Shown piece after piece: positions 15,201 through 24,300 of a stretch of 64,000 nucleotides of DNA. Every line of letters begins with the position of its first letter. The first letter of the stretch is position 1. This DNA comes from Okamejei kenojei. Lineage: Eukaryota. Under the pieces are notes generated by a model. That model was not told where the DNA came from, ran no database searches, and worked only from the letters and a program-made list of their open reading frames with translations. Location: assembly GCA_035221665.1 (NCBI GenBank), contig CM069150.1, positions 19,964,001 through 20,028,000 of the forward strand, read 5' to 3'. The position numbers were made by a program, and so were the translations under genes.

Positions 15201-16991
15201 CCCACTCAGTATTTGCAGCTCTTTGCTTGAATTTCAAATTTCCACTTTTAAACTTAAGGATGAAATATACACACAAAATAAATTAACACCAAGAACAGGA
15301 TTCTCTCTTTTTAATTTTGTTATGTTACCCACAGACATAGCTCTAGGGGCACAATTTATCTGGTGACCTAAAACACTCCAGACCAAAGTACTCAGCTTGC
15401 CAGATAATATCTTGCCTACGTGGCTTTTAATTATGCTTTAAAACTTATTCTGCTCTGCTCTCGATCAAGGGTGATCTGTTTTTTTCCTCAATCCCATTTT
15501 AGTCTCTTCTCCCTGTAACCCAATTACTTATCCTCCAGTCGTCTGTGGTCAAGAATTCCACAGATTCACCACCCTCTGGCTAAAGAAATTCCTCATCATC
15601 TCCATTTTAAAGGTATGTCCTTTTATTCTAATGCTGTGCCACCTTATCCTAGAGTCTTCCACTACCAGGAAACATCTTCTCCACATTCACTCAATTTAGG
15701 CCTGGTTCATGAATAATTATATTATTCTGGTTCATTGAAATCTGATATTAATGTATAAATAAAACCGGCATTAATCCAAAGGATCAGAATTGCTCCACTT
15801 GATACAAAACAATGACAAACTAAAGAAAAGTCAGATGATCCCCAATGCTGTTAGATAGTCCTTTTGAGCTATGTTTTACACAAGGATCCAAATAATAAGG
15901 TATAGCTGATATAAAGCTTTAAGTTCATGAAGTCAAAATGCTGATTGCTGGACAAAAGATGATTAACCCATGGAAACATAAGAGACTGCAGGTGCTGGAA
16001 TCTAGAGCAAAACACAAAGTGCAGGAAGAGCTCAGTAGGTCAAGCCGCATCTGTGGAGGGAATAGAACTTCCTCTCTCCCCCTACCCACACCACAGTCAA
16101 GCTCCCCCCCACCAGAACAATCAGTCTGAAGAAAGGTTCCGACTTGAAATATCTGTCGCGTGTGTGTGTGTGTATGCACACGCACCTACTGATTTTTTTT
16201 TGTTCTATGTTTGTACTATGTTTACATTGCTGTTGTGCTGCTGCAAGTCAAGGCCAAGGAAAGAGCGTTCACGTCGCGGCCCTGTTTCCACCAATCTTTC
16301 CACCACCATGCACAAGAAGCGCAAGACAGACACCATTGGATGCAGATGCCGAAAAGTATTGTTCAGCTCTGCTGAACAACTTCTAATCTTGTGTGTGGAC
16401 TCGATGAGAAGCAGCTGCAAGTGAGAATTTAATGTTCTGTTTCGGAACATATTTCAATACAACACTCTTCACATTTTCCAAACTGGTAAGTGCCCAATGG
16501 TTCTTTACAATTCGGCATTGTAAATACTATTTACAAACTGAACCCACAATATTTTCTGGTTATTTGCTGCTTACCATCAAGCTTACTTGAAACAATGTTC
16601 CATATAGATCCAAATCTTTTTTTCTCTGGGTATTTTCAATATTTTTGACAATTCCCACCATCTTGTTGTTCTTTCGTAGTTGAACTACGTCATTGATTTG
16701 GACTTTAGAAATGGATCTGAAGAGCGGTTCGTTCTTAAAGAGCTCGTATCGATGGGAAAGATCCTGGATATCAACAAGTAGCTCCGCTTCTTCCTTACGG
16801 ATTACTGTATAATTTCCTGGTTGCAACTTTACTACTTGCTTGAAGCGTTCCACAGTTGCGGATATTTCCTCATGTCTTAAGCGGTTGAAATAGCCCAAAG
16901 ACCCTCGCAGGACCTTTCTTCCACATGTAGTAAAATCTTTTAACACAATACAATAGCGTTTATCATTTTCAATTCCACCCATTCTTTCCAT
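136..16991 (-). CDS. CYLD-like: CYLD-like ubiquitin carboxyl-terminal hydrolase (CYLD paralog); 9 coding exons in window, 3' end continues beyond position 1
   Basis: Spliced exons 16991-16575, 14951-14855, 12251-11914, 9361-9196, 9056-8930, 7148-7041, 5592-5513, 4030-3964, 1751-1622, 244-136 (ten segments counting the last) are all GT-AG and phase-compatible. They encode a CAP-Gly domain ([34 protein letters not shown]) and USP motifs ([34 protein letters not shown]) that match CYLD. Confidence 0.93.
1622..1751 (-). CDS. CYLD-like: CYLD-like coding exon (USP domain)
   Basis: [43 protein letters not shown]; cag/gttgg boundaries. Confidence 0.92.
3964..4030 (-). CDS. CYLD-like: CYLD-like coding exon (USP domain)
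   Basis: [23 protein letters not shown]; 67 nt; tag/gtact boundaries. Confidence 0.92.
4910..5465 (+). mobile_element. L1-clade LINE 3' end (5'-truncated)
   Basis: ORF2 tail [17 protein letters not shown]...[12 protein letters not shown]-rich 3' UTR, AATAAA and poly(A); AAGAAGGC-containing direct repeats on both sides. Confidence 0.8.
5513..5592 (-). CDS. CYLD-like: CYLD-like coding exon (USP domain)
   Basis: [26 protein letters not shown]; tag/gtaac boundaries. Confidence 0.9.
6159..6564. mobile_element. Tc1/mariner (Tigger/pogo-like) MITE
   Basis: TA|CAGTAAATCCTCACAATAATGG ... CCGTTATTGCGAGGGTTTACTG|TA: imperfect TIRs with TA TSD. Confidence 0.8.
7041..7148 (-). CDS. CYLD-like: CYLD-like coding exon (USP domain)
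   Basis: [35 protein letters not shown]; cag/gtaag boundaries. Confidence 0.92.
8930..9056 (-). CDS. CYLD-like: CYLD-like coding exon with USP catalytic Cys box
   Basis: [22 protein letters not shown]; cag/gtttg boundaries; 127 nt. Confidence 0.93.
9196..9361 (-). CDS. CYLD-like: CYLD-like coding exon, second half of CAP-Gly domain
   Basis: [39 protein letters not shown]; tag/gtaaa boundaries. Confidence 0.92.
10545..11441 (-). mobile_element. Internally deleted hAT-type DNA transposon with transposase C-terminal remnant
   Basis: TIRs TAGAGCCAGGAT / ATCCTGGCTCTA; 8-bp TSD GCTATTAA / GTTATTAA; subterminal AAAAGGCA repeats; minus-strand [21 protein letters not shown] resembles the hAT dimerization motif. 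Confidence 0.88.
11914..12251 (-). CDS. CYLD-like: CYLD-like coding exon, first half of CAP-Gly3-like domain
   Basis: cag/gtaag boundaries; [38 protein letters not shown]. Confidence 0.9.
12415..12958 (-). mobile_element. Hero/R2-group non-LTR retrotransposon 3' fragment (restriction-like endonuclease domain plus 3' UTR)
   Basis: PDLVLWS...VELTVPWE...RKKLRY...PVEVGCRGF motif series, ORF 12618-12947. Confidence 0.85.
13025..13445 (+). mobile_element. CR1-clade LINE 3' fragment
   Basis: Homologous to the 42152-42722 copy. Confidence 0.75.
14855..14951 (-). CDS. CYLD-like: CYLD-like coding exon ([32 protein letters not shown])
   Basis: tag acceptor, gtaag donor, 97 nt open frame; bridges phase 0 to phase 1 as the flanking exons require. 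Confidence 0.75.
16575..16991 (-). CDS. CYLD-like: CYLD-like first coding exon (N-terminus, degenerate CAP-Gly1 region)
   Basis: ATG at 16991; acceptor before 17016; donor GTAAG at 16574. [18 protein letters not shown] resembles CYLD ELLLAITNCEERFSLFKN. Confidence 0.85.
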
Positions 16992-18299
16992 GGGGAATCC
17001 AAGGCAAGGTTAGAACCTGAAAGGGATCATACCAATGGTAAATTTTAGAATATAAGACACAAATGATAAATTAATTTAGACACAAAAGATAAATATAAGA
17101 TAGTTATTTCTTATTGTTGTTTGACTTGAATATATTTAAATATAGCATTTTCCGATTTGAATGGATAGCTTATAAAACAAAGCTTTTCACTGTACCTCAA
17201 TACACATGACAATTATAAACCTAAACCTTAGGGGTTTGTGGCATGAAAAAAAGATGAATCAACATTCAATAGATTTATGAATGCCTAATACTGCCTGTAA
17301 TCATCTTCCCTGTTCACTATACCACCAATTTTAGTTTTCATTCATAAATCTTAAATTATTAAAATATATATTTATACCTAAATTTTTAATACTGTATAAA
17401 GAACAAGTTGAAAACCCAGCACCGACCCCTGAGGCAGACCTCTGGTTACAGGTCTTCTGTCTGAAAAACAATCCTCTACCACCCTGTTTCCTATCTTCTG
17501 GCCAATTTTGTATCTAATCGGCTAGCTCACCATGGATCACACGTATAGCAACCATCCAGACCAACCTACATGAAGACAAACTCAATGATGCAGTTATAAG
17601 CAAGATTGGTGAATGCTTGCCACCTTAGAAGGGTCCATGCTTAATTTCCCTCCACGGGTGCTGCCCAAACCACCGAGCTACTTCAGCACTGGGATTTGTT
17701 CAAGATTTCAGTATCTGCAGTTCCTTTTGCATCTATTTTATTGCTCCACTGCAAAATCTCCACAACCAACCACAAAATCTCCACAACATATGCCTGCTTT
17801 TAAGGAGTTGTACTCCTCTCTCTGAATCTCTCCAGATACTGCCTGACCCACCATGTTCTTCCAGTACTTTGCGTTTTGTTCAAGATCCCAACATCTGTAG
17901 TTCCTTGCATCTCCAGCATCTATGGAGGAACTCCTCCAACAATTTGGACTTTTTCCCTCAGGCTTGTTGTTATTAATGGCATTCTCCAGCATTTTGTTTG
18001 TTTTTTTTTGGTCAGGAACCCAACACCTGCAGTCCCTGATGTCTCCAGCATCTGTAGAGGACTGAATTCCTCCAGTATTGTTTATATTTTTGCTCAAGAT
18101 CCGAGTATCTGCAGTTCCTTGCAATCTGCCACCAGCACCTGTAGAGGACTGGGTTCCTCCAACATTTTGTTTTTTTATTTGCTCAAGATCCCAGCATCTG
18201 TAATGTGGTCTGTACCAAGTGGCAGACTGGGTCTAAAAATATTGGTTGCCAGGAGACAAAGGGGGCCCACTTGCCATCGGGCAAGCTGACACCCTGGCC

Positions 18300-19080
18300 A
18301 AGCTGACATCCGCCACTGGTCTGTACGTTTCACCGGGAAGAGGGTTTGGGCCGCACACAGTGGGCTAGGGCGAGGCGAGGCGAGACGGGCAGAGCGGCCG
18401 CAGGCCCATGATGAACACCGGGAATGCGGTGCGCCGGGCCGCGGCACCTGTCTGTACGTAACCCCGGGGGTTTATTCGATGTCTGGGCTGCTGTTCACGC
18501 CCACAGACCGAGTAGGCCAGAGCGTTTCCCGACCGCTGTGACATCTCAAGCCCGGGACAGACTCACCTCCTCCTCCTGCTCACCCGCCGCCGGACCGGGC
18601 CCTGCTACTGCGCCTGCGCCACCAGTCCCACACCCCCCCGTCTCACGTGATTCCTGCAGCCGGCACTGCGCATGCGCGTGGCCCCTCTCACGTGACCAGG
18701 GCGCTTTCCAGGCACTGCGCCTGCGCCACCCTACAACCCCCCCACCTCACGTGATTCTTGCAGCGGGCACTGCGCATGCGCGTGTCCCCCTCTCACGTGA
18801 TCAGGGCGCTTTCCGGGCATTGCGCCTGCGCCGTCCCCGTCCCGCGCGCTCCGGGCCGTGCTCCATCTCGCCTGAGTCGCCGGCTGCAGCAGCGTCTGCG
18901 GAGCGGAGGGGACAGGCCGAAGAAGGGTCTCGGCCCGAAACCTTGCCCATTCCCTTCGCTCCACGGATGCTGCTGCACCCGCTGAGTTTCTCCAGCACGT
19001 TCGTCTACCTCCCATTTTGCAGCGTCTGCAGCTCCTTCCTGAGTCGCCGTGTCGGATCTGTGCTGTCGATCATGCCGTAG
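18300..19080 (-). promoter_or_regulatory. CpG-island promoter and probable non-coding first exon of the CYLD-like gene
   Basis: CpG-rich. Minus-strand donor GAG|GTGAGT at 18567/18566. Four TCACGTGA E-boxes, five NRF1-type TGCGCNTGCGC motifs and two GGGCGCTTTCC kB-like motifs between 18607 and 18832. Confidence 0.75.
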
Positions 19081-19194
19081 CCAAGGGCAACAAGAGTCAC
19101 AGAGTGACCCAGTGTGGAAACAGGCCGTCGGCCCAACTTGCCCACACCGGCCAACATGTCCCAGCTACACTAGTCCCACTAGTCCCACCCAAAG

Positions 19195-21044
19195 GTTAGG
19201 GAGGTGCCGTGGTAGTCTGGCGTTTTGATCTCTACAGAGCTGAGGCCACGCGCCAACTCTCGGACACCTCCTACTTACCCATGGACCACTAACGAGCACC
19301 AGGCCACTATCTCTAGCACCATCACTGACTTAATCAACTCCGGCTCCCTGCCCCTCCGAGCCTCCAACCTCATAGTTCCCCAGCCCCGCACGGCCCGATT
19401 TTACCTTCTCACCAAAATCCACAAACCTGACTGCCCCGGGAGACCCATTGTCTCTGCCTGTTCGTACCCCACCGAACTCATTTCCACATACCTCGACTCC
19501 ATCCTATCCCGCTTGGTTAAATCCCCCATCAGGATGGTCTCAAAGCCCTCCGGTTCTTCCTCGACCGGAGGAGCAACCCATACCTGTCCACTGGCACTCT
19601 CCTCTGCCTAGCGGAGTTAGTCCTTACCCTCAATAACTTCTCTTTTGACTCCTCCCATTTCCTCCAAACACAAGGCGTAGCTATGGGTGCACGAATGGGC
19701 CCCAGCTACGCCTGCCTCTTTGTCGAGTACGTCGAACAATCCTTGTTCGCGGCGTACCAGTGCCCCATCCCCGACCTCTACCTCCGTTACATCGACGACT
19801 GCTTTGGTGTCACCTCCTGCACCCACACACAACTACTGACTTCATCCGTTTCTCCACCAACTTCCATCCGGCACTCAATACACCTGGACCATTTCCGACA
19901 CATCCCTACCATTCCTTGACCTCACTATCCCCATCACAGGGGATACACTCCTGACCGACATCCACTATAAACCCAACTCCACTATGACCCCCACGGCTAC
20001 CTGGACTCCTCTTCCTCCCACCCTGCTTGCTGTAAGGACTCCATCCCCTATTCCCAATTCCTTCGTCTGCGCCGCATCTGCTCCCAGGATGAGGTGTTCC
20101 ACACCAAGTCATCATAAATGGCCTCATTCTTCAGAGAATGGGGATTCCCCTCCCCCACTATAGATGAGGCTCGCACCAGAGTCTCCTCCGTATCCCGCAA
20201 CATTGCCCTCTCTCCCCATCCCCTCACTTGCAACAAGGGCAGAGTCCCCCTGGTCCTCACCTTTCACCCCACCAGACGGCACATACAACACATAGTCCTC
20301 CGCCAGTTTCGCCACCTCCAACCTGACCCCACCACTCACCACATCTTCCCATCTCCCCCCCATCTGCCTTCCGCAAAGACCGCTCCCTCCGCAACTCCCT
20401 TGTCAATTCTTCCCTTCCCTCCCGCTCCACCCCTTCCCCGGGCACTTTCCCTTGCAACCGCAAGAGATGCTACACTTGTCGCTTTACCTCCCCCCTCCAC
20501 TCCTTTCAAGGACCCAAGCAATCGTTCCAGGTCCGACAGAGGTTCACCTGCACCTCCTCCAACCTCATCTATTGCATCCGCTGCTCTAGATGTCAACTGA
20601 TCTATATCGGTGAGACCAAGCGGGGGCTTGGCGATCGTTTCGCCGAACACCTCCGCTCGGTCCGCAATAACCAACCCGACCTCCCGGTGGCTCAGCACTT
20701 CAACTCCCCCTCCCATTCTGTATCTGACCTCTCTGTCCAAGGCCTCCTCCACGGCCAGAGTGAGCAACACCGCACATTGGAGGAACAGCACCTCATATTC
20801 CACTTGGGGAGTCTGCATCCTCTTGGTATGAACATTGAATTCTCTCAATTCTGTTAACCCTTGCTGTCTCCTCCCCTTCCTACCGCTCCCTCAGCCCTCG
20901 GGCTCTTCATCCTTTTTCCTTTCATCCCCCCGCCTCCCCCCACCCCCCATCAGTCTGAAGAAGAGTTTTGGCCCGAAACGTTGCCTATCTTCTTCGCTCC
21001 TTAGATGCTGCTGCACCCGCTGAGTTTCTCCAGCATTTTGTGTA
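19195..21044 (+). mobile_element. Penelope-like retroelement (RT + GIY-YIG endonuclease), 5'-truncated and frameshifted, with 11-bp TSD
   Basis: RT motifs KIHKPDCPGRPIVS, MGARMGPSYA, YLRYIDD; GIY-YIG NLIYCIRC..LIYIGETKR..DRFAEH..PVAQHFN; CCCACCCAAAG direct repeats at 19184-19194 and 21045-21055. Confidence 0.92.
20951..20985 (+). ncRNA. Minimal hammerhead-ribozyme-like motif in Penelope 3' terminal repeat
   Basis: CTGAAGA-A-(stem II, one mismatch)-GAAAC-GTT. Minimal hammerheads are an established feature of Penelope terminal repeats. Confidence 0.6.
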
Positions 21045-21050
21045 CCCACC

Positions 21051-21353
21051 CAAAGATCCTATAGCGGAGCAAGATAGGCCACTCCTGCGAAACGCAGTGG
21101 GCTGACGTGTAATACGGAGCGGAACGTGGGCATTTGTTTCGTCCATTTCAGTAACAGGAACCTACCCGACCCGACTCGCAGTGTAAACAACGTTGCGGGG
21201 GAACAGTTTGTGTGTGTGATATAGGGTTAGATTCATAATTCTGTTAGTTCATAATTTTGTTAATTCTTGTTAAAGAATAAAATGTTTATAAATTTTGACT
21301 CTGGTAATTTTCTTTTTTTCTTTGCTGTGCCCCAAAGAGCTCTAGGATCTTTG
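21051..21353. mobile_element. Non-autonomous DNA transposon (MITE) with 14-bp TIRs, possibly P superfamily
   Basis: CAAAGATCCTATAG ... CTCTAGGATCTTTG (1 mismatch); superfamily assignment is inference. Confidence 0.65.
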
Positions 21354-24300
21354 ACTGCGTCTGCGCCACCCCCAGTCTCACGCGATCCAGGCCACGCTCC
21401 AGCTCACTTGAGTCACCGGGTGCAGCAGCATCTATGGAGCGAAGGAAATATGCTGAAGAAGGGTTTCGGCCCGAAACGTTGCCTATTTCCTTCGCTCCAT
21501 AGATGCTGCTGCACCTTCTGAGTTTCTCCAGCACTTTTGTCTACCTTCGATTTTCCAGCATCTGCAGTTCCTCCTTAAACACTTGAGTCACCGTGTCCCG
21601 GAGACGGATCTCTGCTGTCGATCAAGGGCCATTGAGTCACAGAATGATACAGTGTGGAAAACAGGCCATTCGGCCCAACTTGCCCACGCCGGCCAACGTG
21701 TCCCATCTACACTAGTCCCACCTGCCCGCATTTGGTCCATATCCCTCTCAACCTGTGCTATCCATGTACCTTTTTAAATATTTCTTAAACTTTGGTATAG
21801 TCGCAGCCTCAACTACCTCCTTTTTCAGCTCGTTCCATACTTTCATAATAGTGAAAACATTTTTAATTATAGATTTTTCTCTACCCCTTCCTCTCTAGAA
21901 ACAATTTGCTTTCTACAACAAAGGGGAAGAGAGAGTTTTAAACCACAATTTGTTCAGGTAATGTTACAATGACAATGTTCTCCCGTGTTGGATCTTTTGT
22001 AAAATACGACACAATGTGCTGGAGTAACAGCGGGTCAGGTAGAATCTCTGGAGAACATGGATATGTGACGTTTCGAATCGGGACCCTTTTTCAGTTACTT
22101 TTGTAAATCTAATAATAATAATAAATACTTTATTAATCCCCTTTTCAGGGGAAATTAAGAATGTCCTTGCAGCACACTAATAAAAATACAACATAGCATT
22201 AAAGAAGAAATTTAACATTAAAACATAAAAACATCCCCCCACAATGGTTCCCACTGTGGGGGAAGGCACAAAGTCCAGTCCCCATCCTCTTGTCCACCCA
22301 TAGTCGGGCCTATTGAGGCCTCCACAGTTGCCGCTACGGAGGCCCGATGTTTCAGGTGCTCCCGCCCCGTATTCACTTTCCCCACATATTTCTGTCTAGC
22401 CTCTGTTAAAGACACCTGGAAAGGCACCCGTCAAATTTATCCTACAAGAATAGAACAAAAAAATCTGACGGTCGTGAGTTTGATCTTCACACGGATCATT
22501 AATTTATCACAGTGCTGCAGCAGATAAAGCTGCTGCTTCACAGTGCCAGACGCAGGTTTGATCCTAACCATGGGTGCTACCTGAACGGAGTTTGTATGCT
22601 CTCCCTGTGATTGCGTGTTTTTTCTCCGGGTACTGCGGTTTCCTCCCACACTCCAAAGACGTACAGGTTTGTAGGCTAATTGGCTTCAGTAAAAATTATT
22701 CCTAGTGTGAAGAATAATGCTAGTGTACGGGGTGATTGCTGGTCGGCGCAGGCTCAGTGGGCCGAAGAGCCTGTTTCCGCTCTGTATCTCTAAAGTCTGA
22801 AGGTAAGATACCCAGAATATAGAAGTGAAAGGGAGGGATGAGACAGATATTGGTAAGTGGCATAAGAAAATGAGGCAGCTGGAAGCAGGTAGATTAAATG
22901 TGGCAAATGCATCCGACCTCACCACATCTGCCTAATTCTCTTATATTTCCACCCATCACCCACCAATGTCTGTCCCTCCACCTTTACTTTCTCCACCTGA
23001 CTCCATTTTCCCTCCACTCCCTCATCTGGATCCACCTAACACCAACTGTAGCAGAGGAGTTACTTGCAAATTTAGATTTGGTGTCATCTTTTCAGTGCTT
23101 TCAAAGATGTACTTTTTTTCCTTTATGAGTGTTCATTTTAAATATTAATTACAGCAGATGACTGGGCAGATATTTATTGGTAGTGCCATTAGGTGCTTCT
23201 TTATGAATATATAACGTGCTGAATGTTGTCAGTGCAATCTCAAATTGTCCTTGAGAAGATGGTGGTGAACCGTCCTGCAACCACTGCAACCGTTCTGATG
23301 ATGATACGTTCCAAATTGCACTTAGGATGGGAGTTCCAGAGTTTAGACAAAGCGATAATTAAGAACTCTTGTCACAAGGAACTGCAGATGCTGGAATCTT
23401 AAACAAAACATAAAGTATTGGAGTAACACAGCGAGTTGGGCAGCATTTGTGGAAGGATGGATAGATGACAGCATCCTTCTTGAGACTGATTGGAGTGGGG
23501 GCCCCGTCCCGCAACATCGTCTGTCCGTTTCCTCCATCGATACTGCCTGACTCGCTGACCTCCTCCAGCACTTTGTTTCTGGGTCAGGAAACAAACTGGT
23601 GATATATTTCCAAGGCAGGATGGCATGCAGTTTCAAGGTAAACCTGCAGATGGTGGTGTTCCTATGCTGCTGACATTCTTGGAGACACAAGGACTGCAGA
23701 TGCTGGCTTACGACAAAAGACGCAAAGTGCTGGAGAAACTCAACATATCAGGCAGCATCCATGGAGAACATATATCCGTGACTTAGGGTCACCTATTTAT
23801 GTTCTCTGAAGAAGGATCCCGACCCGAAACATTCCATTCATATTCTCCAAAGGTGCTGCCTGATCCGCTGAGATACTCCAGCATTTTGTGAGTTTTTTTC
23901 ACCTGATGTTCATGGCCTTCTTGGAGATGGGCATTTCAGATCAGGAACTATCAGCCAGCAGAAGGGTCCCAACCCGAAATGTCACATGTCCATTCCATCC
24001 ACAGATGATGCCTGACCTGTTGAGTTCTTCTCGAGCTTTGTGTTTCGAATTAGAATAGCATTAGCATTTTAAAAAGAAACAAAGTGTTGGAGTAACTCAG
24101 CTGGTCAGGCAGTATTTCTCCAGAGAACATGAATATGTGACGATTCAGGTTGGGACCCTTCCTCAGATTGATTGTAAGTTGGGGGATAAAGCCCTTCTGG
24201 GTATTGGATGGTGGAATGGCTTTGAGTGTGAAGAAGTGAGTCGCTTGCTTCAACATACCCAGCCTCTGACCTGCTCTTACATTGAACATAGACCAGTACA

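Noticed and set aside
18424-19080. 218-aa ORF
   Set aside because: It spans the CpG island, tandem promoter module and a repeat; GC richness explains the lack of stops.
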